This document shows, one piece after another, positions 1 through 11,696 of a DNA stretch of 64,000 nt; the first letter of the stretch is position 1; each line of letters starts with the position of its first letter. The notes beneath the pieces are model-generated. The model saw only the letters and a program-made list of their open reading frames with translations. It had not been told where the DNA came from and did no database searches. This stretch comes from Amoebophrya sp. A120. Lineage: Eukaryota; Protista; Dinoflagellata. A program made the position numbers and the translations under genes. The stretch lies in assembly GCA_905178155.1 (NCBI GenBank), contig CAJINV010000015.1, positions 2,005,730-2,069,729 on the forward strand. The letters are read 5' to 3'.

Positions 1-185
1 TGCGATCTCAGTTTCTCTGTTCGTTGTAGCTCTTAAGAAAATACTGAACAAAAGTTTTCGTTGTCGGCGGGCCTTTGGTGTTTATTTTTTTTTTTGTGCA
101 TGTTGTTGAGTGAATGTGAAGCTCAAGTATTTCTGACCGTATCAGTACGTTGTTTCTGCGTCAACGGGGAATGAAGTTTGAGGTA

Positions 186-2254
186 CTACCTCTGGGAAAT
201 CTTCTTCCAAAGCAAATAGAGGTGCAAAAGCAGTAGCAGTGCCGAGCTTGTCTCCGTCGCGGGATTCTCGCAATAATCCGGCATTTCTGTTGCACCATAC
301 GCACTACAGTCTCTCGCTTTCGGCCAATTGTAGCAGAGGTCAATGAGAAACAGGATGAGAAACGGCTTGACCCAGTTGCTCCAGATTGCTGGTATGATCG
401 AATACAAGGCTCGCCACCTGCTGCTGCTGGAAGCACTAGATGTTGATGGTACTAAAAGCACAGCGGCTGTTGACCAGATTGATGCAGTATCAGTTCCACC
501 CCCGCCTATCGCGTCGAAGACCAAAAACGGTAAACTCCAGACATACCACAGATAAAACTGGTAGTGGATTGTTTATGCTCTGCAAAAGTATCGTACTCGT
601 ACTAACTGGAAACATGCATCTTCTCTAAGGCAAAACAGCATTACAAGTTGCATTTGTGATGCTGAGCTAATTTGTAATGCAATTCATGCTACTACGATAC
701 TTTTACAATGCATATTGTTCTGGCGAACACAATGCCAGCGAAGTTTGACCACAGCATCGCTTTCACGAGCTTTGTTTCACGACAGTCCGATGAGGTTTCT
801 GTAGCTGCTGCTTGCTGTTGTGTCCCGTTGCCGTTCATCATCTCCGAATCATTTGCATTGCGTTTATCGTCGTCCAGCACTGTTTTAGTTGTGGACGTCG
901 ATGTTGATCTGCTTGTTCTACTATCGCCCCACGAGGACAAATACACCTTCCGCACGACGAGAAACCAGCCACCAAACGTGCAGACCAGCAACCAAACCGC
1001 CCAGAGTTTTGACAAAAACACCTCTTCCGGCAAGAATCTCCAGTTCACCGTCCACTTGTAAAAAAATTCCCGGCTCAAGTCAAACGACCGATGGATGTAG
1101 GCTTTCGGGTTTGCCAAGAGAAACGGAACAGCGAGGATGAGCTGGATTGCCGCCATGGTGAGGAAAAGGAAGATGGAGTTTCTGGTGATTCGCAATATCG
1201 CCGTCACAAGCCGTGGCTTTTCGTTTTGTTCCACCGTGGTCGTGCTATAATCTTCCCTAACAAACAGGTACCATGCCAGTCCCGGCGCGAAGAGTAGTAA
1301 ATTCATCTTCATGGACACTGCGATGCTGTAAAGCACACACCCCAGAAAAACCTCCCGCTCCGCGAAGAAAAACAAGCTCTGGTGCGCAAACATCATGGCC
1401 GGAAGGTCGTTGAAGAGTCGGAGCATGGTGAGGGAGTAAAGGCGTTTTGAGAATAGGGGGAAAATGGTGAAGTAAATCGGGACTTTCAGATGTGTGACGG
1501 CGAGGTTGGTCACGAAAAAGGTGTTGGTTATGAGAAAGAAGAGAAAGAGGTACTGGACAGGGCGCAACGAATCCGCATTGGTGACGCCGCCTGTGCCACG
1601 ACCTGCTGCAGCGTAGTTGTTGTCGACACTCGCGGTAGTTGTTTGCTCATCTTCTTCCCAACTGAACACTCCATTGTACCTGGTTACCGCTTTCAACCCC
1701 GAGAAGAGATACAGAAATCCGGCTGGGTAGACACACGGGCCAGTGTTGCCGATTATTTTGTAGTAATCAAACTCGCCTCGCTCGAAGAGGGATACTTGCT
1801 CCATATACGCTTTCCAGTCGATCTCCGTGTAGGGGACTTTTTTCAAAATGACGAAAGCGAAAAGGCCATGGAGGAGGGAAATGAGGATGGTGAAGAGTTG
1901 TTTCTGCCGGTTGATGAGAGAATCGAGCCTGCGGAGGAAGGTAATGATCGGGAACCCGCCCTGCTGCAATGCAGCACTTGCTGGTGGTTCTTCTTTTTGC
2001 AGCTGTAACGGATCACCACCAGTACTGGGGATGCTCTCACTAGGAGCGTCTTGGTCTTGTGCCCCATCGGTCGCAGTAGACGCGGTTCCACCGCGACGTT
2101 GTCTTGCGGACATATCCGCAGACGCAGTGAGACTGGTCGTACAACTGTCGGGGTCGGCCTTTATGTTTGTGTGGTGTCGCGCTCGCGCTGCACTAGGTTT
2201 CTTCACACTCGTAGACGCAATCTGTTCGCTCGAAAGGAGAGAGCGAGAAAGCAT
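186..2254 (-). CDS. ALG3: Dol-P-Man:Man5GlcNAc2-PP-Dol alpha-1,3-mannosyltransferase (ALG3), 2 exons
   Basis: Motifs VPYTEIDWKAYMEQV, TGPCVYPAGF, LRLFND, KMNLLLFAPG, KWTVNWRF. Removing the 146-bp element+TSD (574-719) joins VFART|IHYQFYLWYV in frame with ORF 186-524. Confidence 0.95.
574..714. mobile_element. Introner family A (non-canonical intron in ALG3)
   Basis: TIR TATGCxxTGyAAAAGTATCGTA; TSD TTGTT at 569-573 and 715-719; no GT-AG placement. Confidence 0.92.
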
Positions 2255-2720
2255 CTTTTCTTTGCGCGGATTATGGAGGTTGCTGCTGCATATTTATGTT
2301 TCATCTTGTAGTTGTTCTGCAAGTACCTCCAGCTACAGTTACTAAAGGAACTTTTTGAAAAAAAGATCCAGACCAAATATCAAGGCGGGTCGACTTTTAT
2401 TGCAGGTATAAATTCGTGATGATCTACTTCTCTGCTGATCGGGGGGAAGAGAAACACGCTAAACTCGTTATGGCTAGACCACGAAATGAACGAAACAGAA
2501 TCGATTTCCCTGCTACTTCTTACGGAAACGCGCGTGAACAACGTGACCTAGATCCAAAAAAGCGATCTATCGCCAGAAGAATCGTCATCTTGGAACAGCT
2601 GTAGCAAACACAGGACAAGAAAATAGACCTGCAGTCAGGAACGTCGACGACGGCCAGCATACTAGCGGCTTTTTTTTGAGTCTTGTGTTATTTTCCACCT
2701 ATCATACACATCATGGGAGT

Positions 2721-3795
2721 TCAGGTTGAGTTACAGCAAGATATTAGTGGGGAGCATTTATCATTTGAGAGAAACTCGAAAAACCACCTCGATCTCGAAG
2801 CACAAATCTTACATTTCCAAAGCCCAATGTCCCTTTTGTGGTCGTGAAGAACTGTATTGGAAAAGTGTTTCATTACTAAGTGGAACTTTCTAGGAATTGT
2901 GAAAATTCGAAAAAATTCGACCCCCGAATAAACTAGGCAGGTGAAGGTATAAAGTCGCGACGCCGGTCCGGACCGGTCCGGAAAAACTGGAGCGCGCAGC
3001 GACGTGAAGGGGCACCATGGACAGCTCCCGTCACCGGTCCTGATTATCTTCGCCTCTAAAAAGAGCATCATCATTGTATCATTTAAAAAAACAGGTACCG
3101 GAATCTCCAATTGCGGCGCTGGCTCCACACACACACACAAATAGCATCACTAGGTGTAACAATTGAAAAACTACAATGGCCTCTACTCATTCTCAAACTC
3201 ACGCATTACAAAGCAGATCCTATCTACCAACCAGGTATACCCTTCATTCCATCTAATCCTACCAATTAGAGGTCTCCGCCGGCAAATTTCGTTCGCAAAT
3301 CAAGTCGCCGAAGTCGACCCCAATGCCGCCAGCTTGTAGCCATGTTGCACCGCCCGGTGCAACACGACCTCTTCCTGCTCATCTACCTGGTCCAGTCTTG
3401 CGCAGCTTGCCTTGCAGCCTGGAGGGCAAGAAATGGTCGATCGGCAAGCGGTCGGTAGAGTAAGCTCATGAACATGAGAAACCTGTGACCTTAGATCATT
3501 TTGTTGATTTTGGTGTACCTGTAAAGATCTTGATGCTATTTGATGAAAAAGATGCTATTTGTGTGTGTGTGTGTGGAACCTCCGGTGCTGGATACGTCGG
3601 CGGCCACGGTAAGCCAGACCTGTAAAAATACCTGTCTTTTTTGGTGACTTTGATGAGTGATGGGAAATCTGGGGTCTTAAGCAACCTTCTTTGTTTCCGT
3701 TCTCAAATACAGCAAAGCAATTCTAGCGCGCCACGCCAGCCGACCACCACCACGAAGAGCCGCTGCAGCCGGGGGAGGGTTCGCAGGGAGGCCAT
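2721..3795 (-). CDS. Possible small intron-containing hypothetical gene, structure unresolved
   Basis: ATG at 3795 (MASLRTLPRLQRL) and coding-like fragments at 3496-3684 and 2721-3140; exon joins not established. Confidence 0.25.
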
Positions 3796-3912
3796 TTTTT
3801 TCGAATTTTCACAATTCCTAGAAAGTTCCACTTAGTATTCATCGTGTTCATTTTATGACATCCATCCATGCTTATTTTCCTTCCACGTATCAACCCCTGC
3901 TCTTCATCCTAT

Positions 3913-6900
3913 CTATCCCTGGTCCAGCGCGTTTTGCACGATCGTTTTCATTTTCTCCTTTTTCAACGCCTCCGATCCAAAAATGCTAAACCCCGCCTCG
4001 CAAATCTCCAAAGTGAACACCTTCACGCTCCCTCGCTGCGGAAGGTTTTCGTAGTCTTGTTTCGTTTTCCTTCGGTGGTTTGTGTTATTCGTGTTCTGCA
4101 CGGACAAGTCGTGTTCTTCTTCGTAGGTTGTCCACGGCTCGGATATTGCGGAGTTCTGTTCGTCATCTAGTACCATCTCATGGTTACCGCTGGCATCGAT
4201 GAACTCGGCATTGGCGTATGGGAAGTACCTTTATTGATGGTGTGGGGATGGAGTTTATTGTCTTTGTCATGCGAGAGATAGCATGAGAAAATGAAAATCA
4301 CATCATAGAGCATTTGGATTTGCATTGGACATCCTGCATGACGAAAAAACTAAGGTCCTTGTTCACTACACCAAAAATCTACTTCAATACTGCACAAAGA
4401 AGTCGAATCGGACCGCCGGAATGACCGTTTCTCCACTTTGCGTCATCAACCAGTCGAGCCAGTATCCTGTGCAAAAGTATCGCACTTCCTGGTATAAATT
4501 CCAGACTAGCATGACAAGTCGTGGCCTCTTGGGTAATTTAGCATGACAAATTTAATTTTTCATGCCGAGCTGATTTGTAATGCGATTGATACGTAGTAGG
4601 TACGATGCTTTTGCAGTGCATAGCCAGTCTTCTGCGATGATTTTTGCTTTTTCCGTGGCTTGCCTCAACGCGGTCAAGTCTCCGCGCAAATACGAGATCG
4701 CAACTGATTCGTCCATGTAGTAGAAGTCGCCAGATTATCCACAGTAAATTTGAACAAGAACTTACTCCACACGTACAAAGAAGTGCTAACGATGCATGAC
4801 AAAACTCTTGGCCAATCAAAATCAGCATGCTGGCAGTTCTCATGTTCATCTTTCAGGTCATTGCCAAAGAAATTTGTGATGCAGTTTGTACAGGTGCGGT
4901 TGTAAATCCTAAATTTTTATTGCGTACAAATTCGTTGTTGGCTTTCACCTTATCGAATCTCGTGTACCACACTTGCTTCAGTTCGTTCTTCAGGTAGTAC
5001 AGTCGCAACTCCTATTCTGTGCAAAAGTACCGTACTCGTCGTAATCGTAGTCATGCATTACGAATCTGCTGCGTAAGGTAGATGAGCATGACAAATTTCA
5101 TTTCTCATGCTGAGGAAATTTGTATATGCATTCATACGAATACGATACTTTTGCAGTTCATAACTCCACCGCGTGCGGGATGAACTCCTGAATCAAGATC
5201 CAGTCGAGCAGATGCGCCTGGCCGACGTACTGGTTCGAAATGGTGATGGAGTCCGACAAATCGCTCAACGCGGAGTACTATCCTGTGCAAAATGAATATC
5301 GCGCTCGTACTAATCGCAATCATGCACGACAAATCTCCTTCCCAAGCCAAATCAGCATGGCAAATTTCATGTGCTGTCATGCTGAGCGAATTTGTGTTGC
5401 GATTAGTACCAGTCTACGCAGCTACTTTTGCAATGCATACGGACAACGGGTAGTAGCGTTTCCGGCTGGTGTTGGTGTTCTGCTCCCTAACGTTGTTCCA
5501 CAGCTTTACATCCAACGCTTCCCAGCTGTACCCGAGCTTTGCGACGCCCTTCGTGATTTTTGATGTTGTACTATGGGTTTGACCGTAGTTGTTTCTGTTT
5601 TGATGCATAGCAGAAGATTCCATTTCCAGGTCGTCCTGCATCCAGAAGCCGCTACTCGGACACTTTTCCTTCTCTCGTCCCAGGTCGTCTATCAGAGCCA
5701 CATGCCTTCTGCTGTTCCGCTGTTGTTTCCGCTTTATCTTCTCCAACACTTGCACCGCTTTTTCTGCCGCTTGTGCCGGGTCTTTCTTCACGAACACGCG
5801 GGGGAAGTTCACACTGGCCGGGATTGCAAACTTCGGGTCTAAGGCCAACCCACTGGTCCAAGACTTCGCCGCTAGCTGTTGGTAGAGCAGTGCGTTGTGC
5901 GGGAAGGCGGTGTAAATCCCAAACCGTTCCGCAGCTCGCATCAGGTCGAACATCGGGGCCTGCTCTATGGCGTTCTCAACTGTTACATTCTCAACTGTTA
6001 CATGAGTTTGTGATGCAAGAATGGCAAAAGTGATAGGGGGGATCTTGCGCGTCTTGCATGACAGATTTGGCGCCGATTATCAGCCTGTTTGGCCCTTTGA
6101 GAATTTGTCATGCGAAGCAGCTTGATGGTGTCGATTCTGAAGGCAATGCTGCATGGCAAATCATGCAACGGTTGAGAATGTAACGCTTGAGAACGCCATA
6201 TGCTCCACGTACCCGGCTCCGTAGGCAGAGCCAGTTTGGTACATCGGCTCGGAGAGGAAATCGAAGCTGGACGGGTGCAAGAGCCACATGCTCGCGATTT
6301 TATCGGTCGTGTCGGTATGAATTTTTCCTGCTGGTGCAGCTGGTGCTCCTATGTTCCTTCCGCCTGCCGACAGATGCGACGTAGTACTAGAGGCACTAGA
6401 TGCAGCAGGTAAAGACGAAATCGCGGTGGAGTGTTTCATGATCGGGTTCACAATCAGGTGGAAAGACTTCGCCAAGGTGAAGCACTCGTCCGGTGTGGAG
6501 ACCCAAAACGACCAAACTTCGTAATTTTCGGACCCGAGAACTTCCTTTAACCCCAAATCGGTGAATTGGTACAAAAAGTTCGGGCTCGTGGCGAGAAACT
6601 CGGACTCCTTTGTCGCAGGCACGTATCTCCTATCCTGTACAAAAGTATCGCACTCGTATTGCAGTCATGCATTGCAGATCTTTTTCTTATAGGTAGATCT
6701 GCATTACAGATTTTATTTGTTTCTCATGCTGAGGAAATTTGTAATGCATTAGCATTTATACGAGTACGATACTTTTGCAGTTCATACCTCCCGCCCCAGC
6801 GGAACGCGAGGATGGTGAGCGCTGTCGGGGGCATCGAGGGTTTGATTTCGCTTTCTGTCAGATCTTTCCGGAAAAGATGGAGCTGTATCCTGAGAAAAAA

Positions 6901-8599
6901 CGTCCCCACCCCACAGTCAAGACGGGGGATCTGCTAGACAAATCAACCAGCTTTGGTTGTTTCGCATGACAAGTTTGGTCTCGTAGTGTAATGCTGCTTA
7001 GCTCGTTCAGCAGCATCACAGAGCTTCTAGTCTATCGCGCTGATTGGAGCATTACAAATTCCAAAACACGACTAGAGAATAAGTACTTCTCATGGGGCTC
7101 CGCATGACAAACATTTTTAACATGCAGATCTGCATGACAACTCTGGAGTGGAGACATTTTTACATAGGATAAGCTGCCTCGACTCTTCATCCGCGCAGCA
7201 AAACACCCCTTTTATCTGCTGCAAAAATATCGTACTCGTACTTCTAATTGCGTTTTTGCATTACGAATCTCGGTCTTGAGGCAAATCCGCATTACAAATT
7301 CAATCTGTAATGCTGCCTCGATTTGTAATGCAATTCATACTTGTACGATACTTTTGCAATCCATACCTTTCGCGTCCACCCAATCCGGCCAGGTGGATTT
7401 CACTTTGTAGGTCCTCTCTGCAATTGTGGCGGGTCGTTATCATGGAAGAGAAACTTACCAATACCGACCACGGACGAAACGCACTTGCAAAAACAGCAAA
7501 AAAGTATCTAAAACTGAAAAATCCAGCTCAAAACATGCAACTTGTCATGCTGAAAAAGAGATGCGCGAAATAGTTTTTTCATGCATAAAAAAGTAATTGC
7601 ACCGAGTGTAGAAGTACGTCGGTAAATTATTTCCTGCGGATGGTACAGCGGAGCCGCTTGATATTTCTTTATGCGCGGAGACTATCTCGCCCGGCATCCA
7701 CCCCTCGGTCTTCCCCATCCTTGGGCGGTATGGATTGCAAAAATGTCTGGGCCTGGAAGAGTGCAGGAGTTTGCCATGCAGATTTTGCATGGCCCATGAG
7801 GTCTGTGATGCATGTTGCCCTAGCATCAGAGATCTTGCGAGGGCTTTCTGATGCTCATACCGCATGAGAAATCCCCTCTCCGCGTAGCACAAAATGCATA
7901 TCTTTTGCTGTTCATGCAATACAGATTTTATGTAGAGTCCAGAGGTAGCATCACAAGTTGCATCCTTCCAGACCAAGACATTTTTGCATTTGATAGGCGG
8001 TAAATCCCGAAGGACCGGTCGAGCACGGCGGCATAGGCAGATTGGCCGTTATACAAGAAAAAAACTGCGTAACTATCTTTGGCTGACAACAGCATTACAA
8101 ATTTGCGCTACATGGAAAACCTGTCATGCGTGGCTTGTAAGCGACAACACACATGAAAAGAGAACTCCATAGCTGCCTGGCACGACAGGCGTAACTCTGT
8201 TGCATGTTCTGCATTTCAGAGTCACACTTACACAGTATTTTCCTTGCATAGTCGTCTTTGTTTCTGTACTCCCGGTGAAAGTAGAAGACCTGGTCGCCGA
8301 CTTGGTAGAGACGAGCGGAGGTAAACAAAACGACGCCTGGAAGGTGTAGGTACAGGAAAAGGAAAACCAAAGCGACGTGGTGGAAAGCGATTCTATAAAT
8401 CTTGGGCCACATCATGATCGTGGAAGGAGGTAGAGGCTTCTGGTCGTATGGCTCCTCGGTCCGCTTCTCGATATTGCAGGTTCTTTTCCTTTTGATCGTG
8501 GCCCGAGAAACTGCTCGGATAGAGCTGGATCGATCTTGAAGACAAGGTACTCTTTTCTAGAATCTTCACCGGACTTACTACAGGAGCTAGTTTTTTCAT
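3913..8599 (-). CDS. ATP-grasp-fold-like hypothetical protein, at least 13 exons (5' end uncertain)
   Basis: Excising 12 TIR introns gives one frame from about 8340 to the stop at 3913, with GVAKLGYSWEA, WILIQEFIPHAVELRLYY, VRFDFFV and VFTLEICE in ATP-grasp-like order. Confidence 0.65.
4232..4389. mobile_element. Degenerate introner (TATTGA ends) inside a GT-AG intron at 4229-4390
   Basis: TATTGA...TCAATA and TGGTGT/ACACCA remnants, GCATGA motifs; joins FFVQ|YFPY. Confidence 0.65.
4463..4622. mobile_element. Introner family A
   Basis: TIR TATCCTGTGCAAAAGTATCG; TSD GCCAG; joins EDW|LDWL. Confidence 0.9.
4736..4926. mobile_element. Introner family H (degenerate)
   Basis: TATCCACAGTAAATTT...AAATTTTTATTGCGTA; TSD CAGAT/CAAAT; frame restored. 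Confidence 0.8.
5013..5162. mobile_element. Introner family A
   Basis: TSD ACTCC; joins HAVE|LRLYY. Confidence 0.9.
5279..5439. mobile_element. Introner family A (eroded); GT-AG solution 5278-5440
   Basis: TATCCTGTGCAAAA...TTTTGCAATGCATA; joins YPLS|YSAL. Confidence 0.82.
5966..6200. mobile_element. Introner family D
   Basis: About 40-bp TIR TATGGCGTTCTCAAxxGTTACATTCTCAAC; TSD TGCTC; joins YVEQ|APMFD. Confidence 0.93.
6631..6786. mobile_element. Introner family A
   Basis: TSD TCTCC/CCTCC; joins WGGR|YVPA. Confidence 0.9.
6886..7171. mobile_element. Introner family C
   Basis: TIR TATCCTGAGAAAAAACGTCCCCAC; TSD AGCTG; joins RQL|HLF. Confidence 0.92.
7213..7365. mobile_element. Introner family A
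   Basis: TSD CCTTT; joins GRER|GVLC. Confidence 0.9.
7454..7626. mobile_element. Degenerate TIR intron (TACCGAC/GTCGGTA), boundaries approximate
   Basis: Short inverted repeat, TTGTCATGC motif; a 173-bp removal restores frame (GNNF|SSM). Confidence 0.55.
7729..7995. mobile_element. Introner family B
   Basis: TIR TATxxxxTGCAAAAATGTCT(G/T)GG(C/T)CTGGAAG; TSD GGCGG; joins GIYR|PRMG. Confidence 0.92.
8050..8250. mobile_element. Introner family F
   Basis: TIR TAT(A/G)CAAG(A/G)AAA(A/T)ACTG(C/T)GTAA; TSD GCCGT/GTCGT; joins RNKD|GQSA. Confidence 0.88.
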
Positions 8600-8818
8600 T
8601 TTGATTTTTTATTTTTTCGAAGAACGTAAAAGTAGTACCCTGCTTCGAAGATGAAAACAGAAACAGTTGCAATTGCCTCTCCAGGATGTTGAATAAAAGC
8701 ACTGACTCTCTTTGTCTCTCAACAGCACGGCAGCGCACTCGCCGAATAACATAGTTGTACTGAAGACAACTCATTGCCGCAACTGCTCCCACTTCATCGA
8801 TCCAACGCCACCAGTATG

Positions 8819-8947
8819 TATAGCCTGCTCAAGCTCAGTTGTTACAATCTCAAACGTTTACGCAAAGAATCTGGAATGCAAAACGTAGTGGGAAATCTGG
8901 TTTACCCCTACTCCCAGAGGATTGCCGCGCGACATGATCTAAGTGCC
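8819..8947. mobile_element. Truncated relic of the 9424 element (D-like), inverted, apparently intergenic
   Basis: TATAGCCTGCTCAAG..GTTACAATCTCAAACG..CTACTCCCAGAGGATTGC resembles the reverse complement of the right half of the 9424 element; no second TIR. Confidence 0.65.
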
Positions 8948-9423
8948 GCGTCGGCGAAAACGGGCGTCGCGATGATCTGCTCGACGAGCTGCACGAACAG
9001 GTCACCTTGCTCTTTGAAGACGAGCAGAAACTACTTACAGGAGCTGGCGGAATTCGAATAGAGCAAAGGGGAAATTCGAAAAAGAGTGAAAGTTAACCTA
9101 TGTTCGTCATAGAGCGGAGGGAATTCGAGTTTCAACATCACAGCAGCTGGGAAACCAAAATCGATATAAAGCTTGTACACGCTGATGCAAAGGTATCAGA
9201 AATAAACGAGATAAAAGAGAAAATATAGTAAGTGATGAGCAGTCTCTGTCTCTCCTGTTCAACTTTAAAAATAAATGACTTTGGTATCGATTCACGTTCG
9301 GGATATCGAGCTGCTACAAAACAAAAACGTATACAAGTCCCCTCCAAGGAGGACCGCGATAGAGCCACAATGCTTCCTCGTCTTCTCCCAACATTTCCTC
9401 GCCTCCATTCGCGCGTCGCTTGA

Positions 9424-9675
9424 TATGACTTGCTCAAACGTTACAATCTCAAACGTTACAATAGAATCTGAGACTTGTCTTGCATGATCAACATGACAGA
9501 CTCGGACAGCATTCCACTTTCTGCAATACAAATTTCACCAGATTGTAGTGCGGATTGGGACTCCAGCACTTGTCATGCGCAATCCTGTGGGAGTAGGGTA
9601 GATCATGCACTTCTTGCAACACAAATTCCAGACTCTATTGTCACGCTTGAGATTGTAACACCTGAGCAAGTTATA
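9424..9675. mobile_element. Introner (D-like) immediately 3' of the DUF285 gene 1 stop codon
   Basis: About 47-bp TIR; TSD CTTGA at 9419-9423 and 9676-9680. Confidence 0.9.
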
Positions 9676-9683
9676 CTTGAGTT

Positions 9684-11696
9684 TCACCTCCCCTTCTTCA
9701 TCTTCATTCCAGCCGCTGCTCCCGCCTTGGCTTTTTTGTTGGTTGATGCTGCTGTCTTCATCTTCTTGCCATTCTTCACTGTGCATTTATTACTGGCGCT
9801 TGTCGAAGAAAATGCGGCTTTCTTCTTCATCGCAGTGGTGGTCATGGTAGAAGTTGCGGTAGATTTCGTTTTCGTCTTCATTTTCGACTCAGTGTTGGTC
9901 TTCTTGACAGTCTTCGTCTTCGCCTGCTGCGGCATTTTCTTCATGACCGAGGAGCTGGCGCTAGTACTGGAGCTGCTGCTGGACGAGCTTGCCGCACCAG
10001 CGGTGATTGTTGAGGACGAACTACTTGCGGCAGAACTTGTCTTGTTCATCCTAGACTGGCACTTCATTGTCCGGGACTTCATCGATTGCAGCTCTTTCGG
10101 CAGGAATTTCTTCACCTCCGGTGGCCACGAGGCGACAAACTCCGGGCGCATCTTCTTGATGTAGGGTTGATTTGCGGTGTAGGGCGAGGCGGAGGCGTCA
10201 TTTTTTGTGCTGTATCTCTTCGTCATCGAAGCAGAATGGTGCTCATCTGCGAAGACGTCGTGCGCGGCGTGGGAGTCCTCGAGCTTTGACAGCTTCCACG
10301 TGTTCAGGTCTTGGCCGAAGGCGCTGCACTGCCTGAACATTCCATCTATGTCGGCCACGCTTTTCGTGTTCCACTTGGCCAGGGGCTGATTGAAGGCTTT
10401 GCAACCTGCAAACATTCCTGCCATATCGGTCACGCTTTCCGTGTTCCACTTGGCCAGGGGCTGATTGAAAGCTTTGCAACCTGCAAACATTTCTGCCATG
10501 TTGGTCACTCTGGAAACATTCCACGAGTCCAGGGGCTGGTTGAATTTTTCACAACCTTGGAAAAGGTTGTGCATACTCCCGACTTTGGACGTGTCCCAGG
10601 AGCCCAGCGGTTGGTTGAACTTTTTACATCCTAAAAACATCAATTCCATCTGTTTTACCTTCGAGACGTTCCAGGAATCCAGGGTCTGGTTAAATTTTTC
10701 ACACCCTTCGAAGAGCCCACTCATATTCTCCACGTTGGACGTGTCCCACAATGCCAGTGGCTGGTTGAATTTCTTGCATTTTTCGAACATGCCCGACATC
10801 TGCTTGACGCTAGACGTGTCCCACGATCCCAGTGGCTGGTTGAATTTGTAACAACAGCTGAACATCATGAACATTGTCTCCGCCTTGGACACATCCCAGG
10901 AATCTAAGGGCTGGTTGAAGTCCTCGCTCTGCCAAAACATACAATCAAAATACTTGGCGCCGCTGACGTCCCATCCAGAGATATCGTGGTTGAAACCACG
11001 GAAATGTTGAAAGAGAAAGGACAGGGAGTCGATCCTCGAACAGTCCCAAATTCGCAATGGGCCGTAGCGTTGCTCGATCTCCTCTTCTGGCAGCTGCTCT
11101 CTCACATGGTCCAAAATTTCCTCCACGTCGGGATGTGGGTACGACTCCTCACCCTCGTAGTCGGACGGAGTCAAGTAGCCACTCGGAGTCCAGAACCGGT
11201 CTTCCTCTGCCATCACATTGTCGTCGCCGACGCCAGTACTGAAAGCCATTTCGTCATCGGTGCCAATCATAGCTGTTTGGTACAGGTCGCTCAAAACCAC
11301 CATCAGTGCCTTGTGCAGGGTCCGCTTGTTTTCAAAAGCCTCGAAAGTTTTGACGAAATATTTCACGTCGTCGGGAAATTTCTGTAGCCCCAGCGTCGGC
11401 AACATATAGTGGTCAGCGAGAACATCCCCGCCGTCCGTCACAATTTGCACCTGCTCCCACTGGACCGGCCGCCCGGTGATTGAGGTGTGGAGTTTCTGCT
11501 GTTGAAATGTTTCCGCGATAAGCTGCTTCAACTTTTTCACCGGAAGCTGCTTCGCGAGTACGTCTGGGGTCAGGGAGACGGTCACCGCTGCGTCTTCGCC
11601 AGACAACGCGTTCGGGATACTGATCATCTTGCATGGGAGTGTGCTGCTAGAGGAGCCGGCACTGGGTGAAGCCTTGGGAGAGGTGGAGGACGACAT
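9684..11696 (-). CDS. Ubiquitin-like + DUF285/BspA-type 25-aa repeat protein with K/S/T/M-rich basic tail (paralog 1, intronless)
   Basis: About 9-10 repeats of FNQPLxxWxxSxVxxMxxMFxGCxx; N-terminal VKKLKQLIAE..GRPVQWEQVQIV..GDVLAD is Ubl-like. Confidence 0.85.
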   Translation of the reverse strand: MSSSTSPKASPSAGSSSSTLPCKMISIPNALSGEDAAVTVSLTPDVLAKQLPVKKLKQLIAETFQQQKLHTSITGRPVQWEQVQIVTDGGDVLADHYMLPTLGLQKFPDDVKYFVKTFEAFENKRTLHKALMVVLSDLYQTAMIGTDDEMAFSTGVGDDNVMAEEDRFWTPSGYLTPSDYEGEESYPHPDVEEILDHVREQLPEEEIEQRYGPLRIWDCSRIDSLSFLFQHFRGFNHDISGWDVSGAKYFDCMFWQSEDFNQPLDSWDVSKAETMFMMFSCCYKFNQPLGSWDTSSVKQMSGMFEKCKKFNQPLALWDTSNVENMSGLFEGCEKFNQTLDSWNVSKVKQMELMFLGCKKFNQPLGSWDTSKVGSMHNLFQGCEKFNQPLDSWNVSRVTNMAEMFAGCKAFNQPLAKWNTESVTDMAGMFAGCKAFNQPLAKWNTKSVADIDGMFRQCSAFGQDLNTWKLSKLEDSHAAHDVFADEHHSASMTKRYSTKNDASASPYTANQPYIKKMRPEFVASWPPEVKKFLPKELQSMKSRTMKCQSRMNKTSSAASSSSSTITAGAASSSSSSSSTSASSSVMKKMPQQAKTKTVKKTNTESKMKTKTKSTATSTMTTTAMKKKAAFSSTSASNKCTVKNGKKMKTAASTNKKAKAGAAAGMKMKKGR

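Noticed and set aside
9475-10164. Plus-strand hydrophobic ORF (also 12533-12913 and many other plus-strand ORFs)
   Set aside because: Antisense shadows of K/S-rich minus-strand coding sequence.
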